DNA of 64,000 nucleotides from Paludibacter sp. (GCA_034928085.1 JAYFPG010000022.1:51456-115455); one strand, 5' to 3'. Shown: positions 29,264 to 39,451, counted from the first letter of the stretch. Numbers and translations: made by a program. Notes: generated by a model from the letters alone, not told the origin.

Positions 29264-30094
29264 TTAAGGGATAATTATAGTTACCATAACCGGATAGTGG
29301 TCCGACTCAATTTGCATGTTGCCAAAAGGAGAGGTTCCGATTACTTTTGATTCAAGCACTTTGTATTTATTCCCCTGATTTAACATCAGGATATAATCGA
29401 TACATTTGTTGCCACCAGGGATCGTGTTTTCCTGACCACTTATTAAAATCCAGCTTTTATAGAGTTCTTTCATGGTGTCAGAAACTGGTGTACTATTCAG
29501 GTCGCCACCTAAAAATATAGGCTTAGGTGTGCTTCCGAATAATTCTTTAATCTTCGCAGTCAGTTCTTGCGCTTGTAATTTTCGTGTTGCTTCATCACCT
29601 CCAAAGTGGGTGCAAACCACAATATATTTTGGGAACTCAGCAATAAGGAACCCTCTTTGCTCGTCGGTGCTAGTTAATTGATAATATGACGATTTGCTGA
29701 ACGAACGTGGTGTTACAACCCCGATGCCGTAACTTCCCTCCTGATAGGAAGGAATTGTTGATGCAAAACGGAAATTCCAGGAATTCAATTCAGCAAGTTG
29801 TTTGATTTGATATACACGATTTGTACGGGTTGTCATGCTATCAAGTTCCTGTAAACATACAACATCCGGTTTTAAATCCTTGAGTATATTCGCAATTACT
29901 CCATAATTGCCATTTGGATACTCAGGGTTTTTCCCAAAATGATATACGTTGTAAGATATAAAACGCAGTGTGTCTCCTGACAGGTTGTTCGTTGGTTCCG
30001 GTAAATACTCTTCAAGTTCATCACTTTTACAGGAAGGAAAAATGAACAATGAAAGCAGGATAATCAAACTTAAAAAATAAAATGGCTGTTTCAT
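29264..30094 (-). CDS. EEP-family phosphoesterase lipoprotein
   Basis: Lipobox PSC followed by KSDELEE; SYNV, QELD, GDLN, IDYI, SDH. Confidence 0.88.
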   Translation of the reverse strand: MKQPFYFLSLIILLSLFIFPSCKSDELEEYLPEPTNNLSGDTLRFISYNVYHFGKNPEYPNGNYGVIANILKDLKPDVVCLQELDSMTTRTNRVYQIKQLAELNSWNFRFASTIPSYQEGSYGIGVVTPRSFSKSSYYQLTSTDEQRGFLIAEFPKYIVVCTHFGGDEATRKLQAQELTAKIKELFGSTPKPIFLGGDLNSTPVSDTMKELYKSWILISGQENTIPGGNKCIDYILMLNQGNKYKVLESKVIGTSPFGNMQIESDHYPVMVTIIIP

Positions 30095-30128
30095 ATATTA
30101 TATGTGTTTTTTATTAGTCTTACATTCG

Positions 30129-31907
30129 TCAGAAATCCAACCCGTCATTCCAGTTTGGGTTTTGAGTTAACACACCGTTTGTGAGTAAACGGTCGTTGGT
30201 TGGAATAGGGAAGAAGTAGTCGCGGTCTTCTCTCCATATACGCGCCGTATTCTTGTGTGGGTCCATGTAGCCGTTATTCCCATTGGAAAGCAACATGTTA
30301 ACGCCGATTTCAAAAAATGCAGGTGCGAATGAAGGTGGTTGTGTGCCGATATAGAAGCAAACATCAACCATTCCATTGTTATCAAGATCGTAATCGCCTG
30401 GCCCCGGCACATACATCCCGTGCATAGGTTGCTCAAATGCTTTTCCTTCTTTCCACCGGATTAAGTCGTAATATCTGAAACCCTCCATGATTAGCTCTAT
30501 TGTACGTTCACGGCGAATTTCCAGGATAACGCCCTTATTTGATCCCTGATCTACATTTGGATAACCTGTTGTTGGTGATTCAAGATATGGGTCAGGGTTC
30601 GCGTTCGCGATTATCAGATTAAGATTTGGCATGCTTACCCGGTCTCTCAGTGGTTTTATCGATCGGTTGATGTCGTTTTGAGTTAATGTTCCCAATTCAG
30701 CTTTTGCTTCGGCAAAGTTCAGATAAACCTCGGCTGCACGAAATAAAATGATGTCATTGCAGGATTTGCTTACCTGGTCGTAGGTTGCATCCATCACCCA
30801 TTTGGTAGGTTGATAGCCGGTCATGGTTACCGACAAATTAGGAGCTAACTTTGCATTTGAACCAATACGGGTGTATCCCGGTGTGCGAATTGTTTGTGCC
30901 AAACGCGGGTCACGGTTGAGACATTCATCTTTAAAGCTTTTTGTCTCGTATCCCGGTGTCTCTGTATATCTCACTCCTGAAGTCATTAAATAGGAATTGA
31001 CAACTTTCTTTGTCAAACTTGGTCGCCCGCCTGTGAGCGCCAGCATAGCATTGTTAGCATCATGAAACAAACCGAGTGAGCTGTTATAGTCTCTTGCCAG
31101 AATAACTTCATCATTTTTGGCATTTAAACTTGAAAACAAATCACGGTACGCATTTGCTGCGGAAGAGGTGTACATTCTGTATCCGCTGTTCGTGATGAAA
31201 TCATCAGCGGCATCCGCTGCCAGTTGAAGATAATAATTGTGATCATGCCCGGGATAAGATACTCCGTGATATTTGCGGAAGGTTCCTTCAAAAAGACATA
31301 CACGTGATTTCATTGCCAGTGCTGTCCACTTGCTTATTTTATACAAGTTCCTGTCGCGACCTAAATGCTCAATTGCGAAATCCAGGTCCTCGATTATTTT
31401 TGTCATAACCAGTTCGCGAGTGTCACGTGGTTTGTATAAATCTGCATCAGCAGAACCAAGTGGACGGTCGTACCAGGGTACATCACCAAAACGTCTTACT
31501 TTATCAAAGTAGAAGTATGCCCTGAAAAAACGGGTAATTGCCTCATACTTATTTCGTAGATTCTCATCGGGACAGTTAGGCAGACCTGCCATACACTCGT
31601 TGATTGTTCTCAGTTGAGTCCATGACCAACCACCCCCGGTACCGGGGATTTCCCTTGTTCCGCGAATCGCTTCTGAAAGAGTCTGGTTTACCACTACATC
31701 TGACTCTTCATTATAAACTGCCGCTGCACTTGGAAGAAATGTATAGAATTGATTCGTGTACAATTCAAGTTCTGTCTCTGTACGGAAGAAAAATTCAGGG
31801 TATGTCCTGTCTTTCGGAAATTTATCAAGCGCATCTTCGCAGGCAATCAAAAAAGGGAAAAAAGTGAGGATTGCCACTGTATATTTTATAAAATTCATAT
31901 TTTTCAT
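30129..31907 (-). CDS. susD: SusD/RagB lipoprotein (PUL2)
   Basis: Lipobox IAC; RFFRAYFYF...FGDVPW; FRAAEVYLNFAEA; EIRRERTIEL..EG.RYYDL.RW. Confidence 0.94.
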   Translation of the reverse strand: MKNMNFIKYTVAILTFFPFLIACEDALDKFPKDRTYPEFFFRTETELELYTNQFYTFLPSAAAVYNEESDVVVNQTLSEAIRGTREIPGTGGGWSWTQLRTINECMAGLPNCPDENLRNKYEAITRFFRAYFYFDKVRRFGDVPWYDRPLGSADADLYKPRDTRELVMTKIIEDLDFAIEHLGRDRNLYKISKWTALAMKSRVCLFEGTFRKYHGVSYPGHDHNYYLQLAADAADDFITNSGYRMYTSSAANAYRDLFSSLNAKNDEVILARDYNSSLGLFHDANNAMLALTGGRPSLTKKVVNSYLMTSGVRYTETPGYETKSFKDECLNRDPRLAQTIRTPGYTRIGSNAKLAPNLSVTMTGYQPTKWVMDATYDQVSKSCNDIILFRAAEVYLNFAEAKAELGTLTQNDINRSIKPLRDRVSMPNLNLIIANANPDPYLESPTTGYPNVDQGSNKGVILEIRRERTIELIMEGFRYYDLIRWKEGKAFEQPMHGMYVPGPGDYDLDNNGMVDVCFYIGTQPPSFAPAFFEIGVNMLLSNGNNGYMDPHKNTARIWREDRDYFFPIPTNDRLLTNGVLTQNPNWNDGLDF

Positions 31908-31918
31908 ATTTTGCTCAA

Positions 31919-34900
31919 TTAGAATGTTATGTCAATATTTACCGAAAAGATTTTCTGGAACGGATAGATATTTGCCTTGCTTGAGGCTTCTCCTTCTGCC
32001 GATGCCTGTTCCGGGTCTACGACCTTCGAATGTATTTTGCTGAATGTTAGCAGGTTTTCTCCGCTGAAATAAAAGCGTAATTTTTCTAAAGCTACTTTGT
32101 TAACTAATTTAGTAGGGAGTGTATAGCCTACGGTAAGGTTCTTTAACCTCAAATATGCAAGATCCTGTAAATATCGGTCTGTTGGAGCACGTAATGAACG
32201 ATTGCTTGCTGATCCTGAAGCAGCATAACCCCTGTGGCGTGGAAAATATGCATCAGGATTATCTTCTGTCCACACATCTTTCATGAAGTTTTTGTGTATG
32301 AAAGTAGCGTATGGACGATTATATGGTCCCCAAAACATATATGCATCGTTGCTTGGCCACCAGTTCTGTTTGCCAATTCCCTGTAAGAATACAGAAATGT
32401 CAATCCCATTCCAGGAGGCATTTGCAGAAATACCATATCGGTATCGAGCCTGAGAATTCCCAATTACAACCTGATCGCCGCTGTTTCCTACCCTGTTTTC
32501 TCCTTGTGTTATTTTGTTGTCATTGTTGAGATCAACAAATTTAATATCTCCGGCTCTAAGTTTTCCTTCGGCTCCGGCAGCAATTAAAATTTCCTGGTTT
32601 ACCAGGGTCTGATCAATTGACCAGTTAGCAGCTTCTTCGTCACTGGCAAATAATCCGTCAGTTTTGTATCCCCAGATTTCCCCCCAGGTTTGTCCTTCGT
32701 AATAATCGTTTAACATCTTGTTGGGGTTGTCAAATCTGGTTATTTTGGCAGTGTTATCTCCGAGTGATAAGGTTGCGCCATACCTGAAAGGTTTATTTGC
32801 CAGAATGAACTTATCATTCCATGATAAAACCAATTCATATCCCTTGGTTCTGAGATCAGCTGCGTTTTCTCTGGGAGGCGTTGTTCCATAAACTGATGGA
32901 AGTGTTTTTCCTTTAACCAGCATGCCTTCTGTATCACGAATATAAAAATCGCCATTGAAATTTAATTTTGAATCGAAGAAACTCAAATCAAAGCCAAGGT
33001 TACTCGTTGTAACGACTTCCCAACTAATATTCGATGCAACAGGAGCAGAGAAGGATGCATATTTACCTTTGGCATCTGTACCAAAAACATAATCTAAAGT
33101 CGATGTTGATACCGTTCGTATATATGGATAATACCCGCTTACATTTTGATTGCCTAAACTACCGTACGATACTCTAAATTTTAAGTTGTCGATAATGTCT
33201 GAAAGTGGGTTGAAAAATTTCTCTTCACTCATTCGCCAACCTGCAGAAAATGAAGGGAAAAATACATATCTCAAACCACGCATGAATTTCGACGAACCAT
33301 CATTACGTCCGCTGATCTCCAATAAATATTTTCCCTGATAATCATAGTTGAAACGTCCAAATCCACCCATAATAGCATACTCGTTTTGGCCACCTGTTCC
33401 TTCAAATCTGGCCATGCCTGTAGTTTCGTCAATAGCCGTAAGACCCATATCGTTTAAATCCTCAGATAATAGGTTCCATCCAACAATCCCAATGTCTTTG
33501 TAGCTACGGGTCTCGTAGTTGAAACCTCCCAACAGTGATAAATTATGATCGCGAATGCCTTTCTTGTATGTAGCAAAAATATTGGTTGCATAATATTCAT
33601 TTCTGTTGAATTTCTCGTTGAGCTTATTGTCCCCTCGCCCGGAAGTAACATAAGACAATTCTCCCGGATACATAGAATATGGTATATTCACACTTCTGTT
33701 CATGGCAGTATAGCCATTAAACGCATAGCTGAAGTTACCTTTAATTTCGAGTCCTTTAAATGGTCTGATTGTTAACTCGGCAATGTTAGTCAGGTTTACA
33801 TAAGTATCTTCATTAGCGTGTTTCCCGTGTGTGATAAGGGCACTCCATCCATCCATAACGCCCGCACTGTTGAAAATTGTCATGTAAACAGGAGTGCCGT
33901 CAGGGTTAACCGGAACGTAACTGGCTAAGCCATGCACGTTTTGATAAACAAATGAGTTGTTCACCGCACCTGATCCCGGGAAAGTATAGCTGTTTCGATA
34001 GAAACTGGTATTGTTGCTGATTGAAATGTATTTGTTTATATCTGCTGTAACTTTTGACCGAAGATTGGCTTTCTTGTATTTATCTGTGTTGATACGCATA
34101 ATACCGTCTTCAGCATGAAAACCTCCTGAAACAAGAAATTTAACTTTATCGTTTCCGCCGCTTAATGATATGTTGTGTTTTTGCATCGGCCGATTTTCAT
34201 TGTACAGATAGTGATACCAATCAGTATTTGCATAATATATATATGACTCTTTTCCTGCCCGGTTTTGGGTTACAACCCAGGGACGAGTGGGATCTTCAGT
34301 TTTATCATTCCTTCTTGCCCATAATTCAAGCATATCCGCTTCGGTATACCTTGAATAATTTACACCCTGAGTGGTACGGTAGAATAAATCGTTGATATAT
34401 ACCGAATAGTATCCACGTGTTTCAAAATCAGTTGAGGTTGTTGATTGACCAATACCATAGCTTCCATTATAACTCACCTTAATTTTATCCGAATCACGAT
34501 CTTTTGAAATTGTTGTAACTAATATTACCCCATACGCAGCTCGTGCTCCATAGATGGCCGAAGCTGAAGCATCTTTAAGTACTGTAACTGATGCGATGTC
34601 ATTCGGATTCAGGTGCTCCAAACTGGCTTCAATACCATCTATAAGCACCAATGGTGAACCTCCGTTAATAGAGGTTGCTCCACGGATATTGAGCGTACCA
34701 CTACCTCCCGGGCGTCCCGATGTCATGTTCACATTTAAGTTAGGAACAGCTCCCTGAAGTAAGCTGACAACTGAACCGCTGGGTCTGTTTTGTATCTGAT
34801 CTGCCGATACAACACTAACCGCCCCGGTCAGGTTGACCTTTTTCTGAGTGCCGTATCCCACAATGACAACTTCTTCCAGGTTTGCAATGTCTTCTTTCAG

Positions 34901-35476
34901 AATTACATTGAAAGAGGACTTGCCGGATGTGTTTATTGTTTCACTTTTGTATCCTACATAAGAAATTTGTATGTTTTCCCCCTTACTTAACGAAAGTGTA
35001 AACCTTCCGTCAAAATCTGTGATTGTACCTTCTGTGGAATTTACGTCCATCACCGTTGCTCCGATGATGGGCTCTCCGGATGCATCGGTAACTACACCGC
35101 TGATTGTTTTTGAGGCAGGCTTTGCAACTTCTTTTTTCTTGGTCAGCACAATTGTATTATTGTTGTAGCTGGCTTCAAGTCCTTTCTGATCAAGCACTGT
35201 CTTTACAACTTCAACCAGCGGTTTGTTGCTGACCTGAATGGAAACATCTTTTTTTGTGTCCATTAAGATGTCTCGATAAATAAACGTGAAGTTAGTCCTG
35301 GACTCGATTTGTTTCATGAACTCCTGAATACTCACATTCCGGAGATTTAGTGTGATTGTTTGTGAGGTGTTCTGGGCGTTCATCTGGATTACCCCTCCCA
35401 ACATTGCCAACACCATAATTAGTTTTTTAAAGATACCCTTTAAATTTGATTTTTGTGGATTGTGTTTTCTCAACAT
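31919..35476 (-). CDS. susC: SusC/RagA TonB-dependent transporter with STN extension (PUL2)
   Basis: LEEVVIVGYGTQKK; LKDASASAIYGARAAYGVILVTT; barrel C-terminus. Confidence 0.96.
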   Translation of the reverse strand: MLRKHNPQKSNLKGIFKKLIMVLAMLGGVIQMNAQNTSQTITLNLRNVSIQEFMKQIESRTNFTFIYRDILMDTKKDVSIQVSNKPLVEVVKTVLDQKGLEASYNNNTIVLTKKKEVAKPASKTISGVVTDASGEPIIGATVMDVNSTEGTITDFDGRFTLSLSKGENIQISYVGYKSETINTSGKSSFNVILKEDIANLEEVVIVGYGTQKKVNLTGAVSVVSADQIQNRPSGSVVSLLQGAVPNLNVNMTSGRPGGSGTLNIRGATSINGGSPLVLIDGIEASLEHLNPNDIASVTVLKDASASAIYGARAAYGVILVTTISKDRDSDKIKVSYNGSYGIGQSTTSTDFETRGYYSVYINDLFYRTTQGVNYSRYTEADMLELWARRNDKTEDPTRPWVVTQNRAGKESYIYYANTDWYHYLYNENRPMQKHNISLSGGNDKVKFLVSGGFHAEDGIMRINTDKYKKANLRSKVTADINKYISISNNTSFYRNSYTFPGSGAVNNSFVYQNVHGLASYVPVNPDGTPVYMTIFNSAGVMDGWSALITHGKHANEDTYVNLTNIAELTIRPFKGLEIKGNFSYAFNGYTAMNRSVNIPYSMYPGELSYVTSGRGDNKLNEKFNRNEYYATNIFATYKKGIRDHNLSLLGGFNYETRSYKDIGIVGWNLLSEDLNDMGLTAIDETTGMARFEGTGGQNEYAIMGGFGRFNYDYQGKYLLEISGRNDGSSKFMRGLRYVFFPSFSAGWRMSEEKFFNPLSDIIDNLKFRVSYGSLGNQNVSGYYPYIRTVSTSTLDYVFGTDAKGKYASFSAPVASNISWEVVTTSNLGFDLSFFDSKLNFNGDFYIRDTEGMLVKGKTLPSVYGTTPPRENAADLRTKGYELVLSWNDKFILANKPFRYGATLSLGDNTAKITRFDNPNKMLNDYYEGQTWGEIWGYKTDGLFASDEEAANWSIDQTLVNQEILIAAGAEGKLRAGDIKFVDLNNDNKITQGENRVGNSGDQVVIGNSQARYRYGISANASWNGIDISVFLQGIGKQNWWPSNDAYMFWGPYNRPYATFIHKNFMKDVWTEDNPDAYFPRHRGYAASGSASNRSLRAPTDRYLQDLAYLRLKNLTVGYTLPTKLVNKVALEKLRFYFSGENLLTFSKIHSKVVDPEQASAEGEASSKANIYPFQKIFSVNIDITF

Positions 35477-35503
35477 ATAGATATTATTATGATATGATAG
35501 TTA

Positions 35504-36484
35504 TTAATTCCTGAATATTACGATTGTATCTTTGTGTCTTCTGAATTGAATGTGCTGATACTGAATTTTAAAAGCTTCTAATGCAGTCTCAATTTTTTCT
35601 TCTTTGAAAGTTCCTGATATCAGGTCGTTAGCTATATCGGGACAGTTGTTGATGATTTTTACTCCATACCATTCCTCCAAACGGGTCAGCACATCGGTAA
35701 ATTTCTCAGAGCTGAACTTCAGCCTGTTGTACATCCATGCTGTTTCGAGATCATTATCGGTATGCATAATCTGCATCATGTTGGTTTGTTTGTTGAAAAT
35801 AGCTTTTTGGTTCGGTTTCAGATAGTAGTCCTGAGATAAGTCGTTACTCCTCAGTTTTACATGACCTTCTACCAAAGAAGTTTCAATTATATCTGAATAA
35901 TCTCTTGCTTTCGCGTTAAATGAGGTGCCCAGCACTTCAACTTCCAGTCCATTCATGTTTACAATAAATGGTTTTGTCTTGTCCTCGGCGACCTTGAAAA
36001 AAGCTTCTCCGGTTAGTGTTACTTGTCGAAGTTTTTTGTCAGCCTGCGAATATTCAATTGTGCTGTTAGCATTAATCCATACCTTGGTTTGATCAGGCAA
36101 GGTAATCATGGCTTTATTGCCTCTTTCCACACTTACAGCCATGTTGCCCGGATCATCCTGCCTGTTAAGCGTGTACATCAACACAGTACCAACCACAATC
36201 AATGGGACTAATACGGCAGCAACCCGCAACAAACGGGAACGTCTGATTTGTTTTTTATCACACTCGATATAGAAGTTCAGCTTATTCCGGATGTCATCTT
36301 TTGTACTTGTATCCATGTTACCGGAAAGGATATTCTCATTCCATTCATCATGCATTGTTTCCGACAGTTCCTCATTCGAAATGTCATTCAGGTAATGCCG
36401 CATCTCCATGAATTCATCCCGTCTGATGTTGCCATAGAGAAATTTCTTATATAAGTTCTTAATATGTTTGTTCATTTTTGTCAT
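35504..36484 (-). CDS. FecR-family anti-sigma factor (PUL2)
   Basis: TLPDQTKVWINANS, LTGEAFFKV, VLGTSFN; ATG at 36484 (or 36475) preferred over the TTG at 36505. Confidence 0.92.
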   Translation of the reverse strand: MTKMNKHIKNLYKKFLYGNIRRDEFMEMRHYLNDISNEELSETMHDEWNENILSGNMDTSTKDDIRNKLNFYIECDKKQIRRSRLLRVAAVLVPLIVVGTVLMYTLNRQDDPGNMAVSVERGNKAMITLPDQTKVWINANSTIEYSQADKKLRQVTLTGEAFFKVAEDKTKPFIVNMNGLEVEVLGTSFNAKARDYSDIIETSLVEGHVKLRSNDLSQDYYLKPNQKAIFNKQTNMMQIMHTDNDLETAWMYNRLKFSSEKFTDVLTRLEEWYGVKIINNCPDIANDLISGTFKEEKIETALEAFKIQYQHIQFRRHKDTIVIFRN

Positions 36485-36520
36485 CTGTTGTGTTACACGT
36501 TTCAAATTTGTGTTGGTACC
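36481..36520 (-). promoter_or_regulatory. Putative ECF promoter GGTAC-N13-AAACGTGTAACACAACAGATGA, copy 1
   Basis: 22-bp identity plus identically spaced GGTAC with 37169-37208. Confidence 0.6.
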
Positions 36521-36529
36521 GTTTCTTTT

Positions 36530-37123
36530 TTATGCTATAAAACATAATTCGAAAACAAGCAGGTACAGAATATTGGTTTTCAACAGACCTCCTCTGATTT
36601 TTTTCAGGGCGGTGGTGAGCTGATTCTTAACGGTTTGTTCAGAAAGATTGAGGGTTTCCGAAATCTCCTCGATTGTTTTGCCTTTTTCCCGGCTTAGTTC
36701 GTAAATTTCCAATTGTCGACCGGTAAGGAGTTTTTTGCACAGCTTGAGTGTCTTTACAAAATCATCGTATAACAACTTTGTCTCGGCTTCTGTGTTTTCT
36801 TCCTGACCGGCTTCTTCTTTATAGCCGATGTAGAGTTCCATTTCTGTTTTGTTGATTTGTTTACGGAACAGGTCAATCAGCCGATGATTGGCTATTGTAA
36901 ATAAAAGTGACTGAAGCGATCCGTCAACACTCAGTGATTCCCTCATTGTCCATAAACGGAGGAATGTCTCCTGTACGATGTCTCCGGCAGTCTCCTGCGA
37001 TTTGGTGTGTGCCAGTGCAAAGCTGTAGAGTTTGTCGGCATACATGTCATAAATCGCGTTGAAGGCTTTGTGTGAGCCTCCCCGCAATTCTTTGATGTAG
37101 GATTTCAGGATGTTGTTTTCCAT
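36530..37123 (-). CDS. ECF RNA polymerase sigma-70 factor (PUL2)
   Basis: AFNAIYDMY...DIVQETFLRLW...LFTIA; LTGRQLEIYELSR...EEISETLNLSEQTVKNQL; start moved to MENNIL (37123). Confidence 0.93.
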   Translation of the reverse strand: MENNILKSYIKELRGGSHKAFNAIYDMYADKLYSFALAHTKSQETAGDIVQETFLRLWTMRESLSVDGSLQSLLFTIANHRLIDLFRKQINKTEMELYIGYKEEAGQEENTEAETKLLYDDFVKTLKLCKKLLTGRQLEIYELSREKGKTIEEISETLNLSEQTVKNQLTTALKKIRGGLLKTNILYLLVFELCFIA

Positions 37124-37168
37124 CTTATTTGTATTGATAATGAAGCGATGGCGATACACAATATCACT

Positions 37169-37208
37169 TCATCTGTTGTGTTACACGTTTTGTAATGAGG
37201 TTAGTACC
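37169..37208 (-). promoter_or_regulatory. Putative ECF autoregulatory promoter, copy 2
   Basis: GGTAC-taacctcattaca-AAACGTGTAACACAACAGATGA. Confidence 0.6.
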
Positions 37209-37311
37209 AGTCGTAATTTATGTTATAAAACATATTACCCGGCAAAGATGAGATAAAAAACGGACATATCTGTATGTGCTATGTGTTTTAATGCAGATAT
37301 AGCAGCTTTTT

Positions 37312-37354
37312 AAAATAAAAATCGCCGCTACTGAAAAACTCAATAGCGGCGATT
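37312..37354 (-). terminator. Intrinsic terminator after fabI
   Basis: aatcgccgcta-N13-tagcggcgatt stem followed by TTTATTTT on the minus strand. Confidence 0.75.
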
Positions 37355-37405
37355 CTATAAAAATATTTACTTATATCTGAAATTTAGAAATGAAATATTT
37401 GAATT

Positions 37406-38263
37406 TTATCCTAAAATGATATTTCCTTCTTCATCTTTCAGCCCTTCGAAACTCTTGATGTATTGTTCCATCGCGCGGTAACTCATACCCATGCTGGAGT
37501 ATCCACCGTCATGGAAAAGGTTTTGCATAGTAACTTTTTTAGTAAGATCGCTGAACATGACCACGCAATAATCGGCACACTCTTCAGCTGTTGCATTACC
37601 CAGCGGTGACATGCGATCTGAGAAGTCAACCAAACTATCGAAGCCTTTAATCCCACTACCTGCTGTTGTTATGGTCGGAGATTGTGAGATAGTGTTGATA
37701 CGTACATTGTGTGCGCGGCCATAGATATAGCCAAAACTTCGGGCTATTGACTCCAGCATCGCCTTGGCGTCCGCCATGTCGTTGTAGCCATACATGGTAC
37801 GCTGTGCTGCTCCATATGACAGTGCAAGCACTGAACCCCAATCGTTGATGGCATTCTTTTTATAAGCTATCTGCAATATTTTATGGAAGGAAATAGCGGA
37901 TATATCCAGTGTCTGATTTAATAAGTTGTAATCTAAATCATCATAAGTGCGCTTCTTACGAACGTTGGGCGACATACCAATGGAATGCAAAATGAAATCG
38001 ATTTTTCCACCTAATGCTTCCATTGATTGATCAATAACCTGTTCCAAATCTTCCACGCTGGTTGCATCGGCCGGGATGAGTTTAGCATTTAGTTTTGCTG
38101 CTAATTCTTCAGTTGTACCCATTCTGATAGCCAGGGGCGTGTTCGATAGAGTGATTGTCGCTCCTTCTTCCACACAGCGCTCTGCTACTTTCCAGGCGAT
38201 GGACATGTCGTTTAATGCCCCGAAAATAATACCTTTTTTACCTTTTAATAAATTATTACCCAT
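37406..38263 (-). CDS. fabI: Enoyl-ACP reductase FabI
   Basis: GIIFGALN..SIAW; HSIG; Y..M..AKA.LES; RINTISQSP; GENL-like MQNLFHDGG. Confidence 0.92.
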   Translation of the reverse strand: MGNNLLKGKKGIIFGALNDMSIAWKVAERCVEEGATITLSNTPLAIRMGTTEELAAKLNAKLIPADATSVEDLEQVIDQSMEALGGKIDFILHSIGMSPNVRKKRTYDDLDYNLLNQTLDISAISFHKILQIAYKKNAINDWGSVLALSYGAAQRTMYGYNDMADAKAMLESIARSFGYIYGRAHNVRINTISQSPTITTAGSGIKGFDSLVDFSDRMSPLGNATAEECADYCVVMFSDLTKKVTMQNLFHDGGYSSMGMSYRAMEQYIKSFEGLKDEEGNIILG

Positions 38264-38371
38264 GTTATTCGTTTTAGTTAATCCTTTCTAAGTAACCAAT
38301 TAATACCTGAAATTGTTTAGGAAGGATGAAAATTCGGCACAAAATTACATAAAATGTGCAATATTCGCAAC

Positions 38372-39433
38372 TTATGCCTTCATTATTTCCATTTGGTGAC
38401 GTACCGATTCTTCGTGAATGGCGACTAAAACGGCTTTCATAAACTCCGAATGCATGCCCATCTTTTCAGCCTGAGAGATGCGTTTCTGCAGAATCTCATC
38501 ATATCGTTGTTCCTGTAAAATCGGCATGTTGTGCTCCTTCTTATATTGACCTATTTCTTCTGAAATGCGCATGCGTTTGGCTAATAACTCAAGTAAATCA
38601 TTGTCACATTCGTCAATCTGCCGACGCAATGCCGATAGGTTTTCAGTTGTTTGATGAGCATCCCGAATAACCAGGGTACTTAATATGAAGTCCAATACGG
38701 CAGGGGTAACCTGTTGAGTAGCATCGCTCCATGCTTTCTCCGGATTTACATGGGTTTCAACAATTAATCCGTCGAAATTTAAGTCCATTGCCTGCTGGCA
38801 AAGTGGCGCCACCAATTCTCTTTTTCCACCGATATGACTCGGATCACAAATGATGGGAACTTCCGGCATTTGCCGGTGTAACTCAATGGGGATATGCCAT
38901 TGCGGCAGATTCCGGTAAATCTTTTTGTCGTAGCTGCTGAAACCGCGGTGAATAGCCGCGATTTTTCGTACACCAGCATTATACACGCGTTCGATAGCGC
39001 CAATCCACAGATCTAAGTCCGGATTCACCGGGTTCTTGATTAATACCGGAATGTCTGTTCCTTCGAGTGCGTCAGCAATTTCCTGTACAGCAAAAGGATT
39101 GGCAGTGGTACGGGCTCCAATCCAGATCATGTCCACATCGGCAGCAAGGGCTTCGCGTACGTGCTTGGCGGTAGCAACCTCTGTGGCGACATACATGCCC
39201 AGCTCTTCTTTTACTCTTTTCAACCAGGGGAGTCCCTCGGCTCCGATGCCTTCGAATCCTCCGGGTTTAGTGCGGGGTTTCCAGATGCCTGCTCTGTAAA
39301 TCTTGATGCCTAATGCATTCAACTGTCGGGCGGTTTCCATGACTTGTTCTTCTGTTTCTGCCGAGCAAGGACCGGCAATAACCAGCGGACGCTTTGCGTC
39401 GATGCCGGGAAGTAAAATTGATTGTAATTCCAT
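38372..39433 (-). CDS. aroF: Bifunctional DAHP synthase (class I-beta) / chorismate mutase
   Basis: IAGPCSAE, KPRT, IGART, DPSH (DAHP synthase); C-terminal LRRQIDECDNDLLELLAKRM...R (AroQ chorismate mutase). Confidence 0.9.
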   Translation of the reverse strand: MELQSILLPGIDAKRPLVIAGPCSAETEEQVMETARQLNALGIKIYRAGIWKPRTKPGGFEGIGAEGLPWLKRVKEELGMYVATEVATAKHVREALAADVDMIWIGARTTANPFAVQEIADALEGTDIPVLIKNPVNPDLDLWIGAIERVYNAGVRKIAAIHRGFSSYDKKIYRNLPQWHIPIELHRQMPEVPIICDPSHIGGKRELVAPLCQQAMDLNFDGLIVETHVNPEKAWSDATQQVTPAVLDFILSTLVIRDAHQTTENLSALRRQIDECDNDLLELLAKRMRISEEIGQYKKEHNMPILQEQRYDEILQKRISQAEKMGMHSEFMKAVLVAIHEESVRHQMEIMKA

Positions 39434-39451
39434 TTTTTAATTTTTATAACC

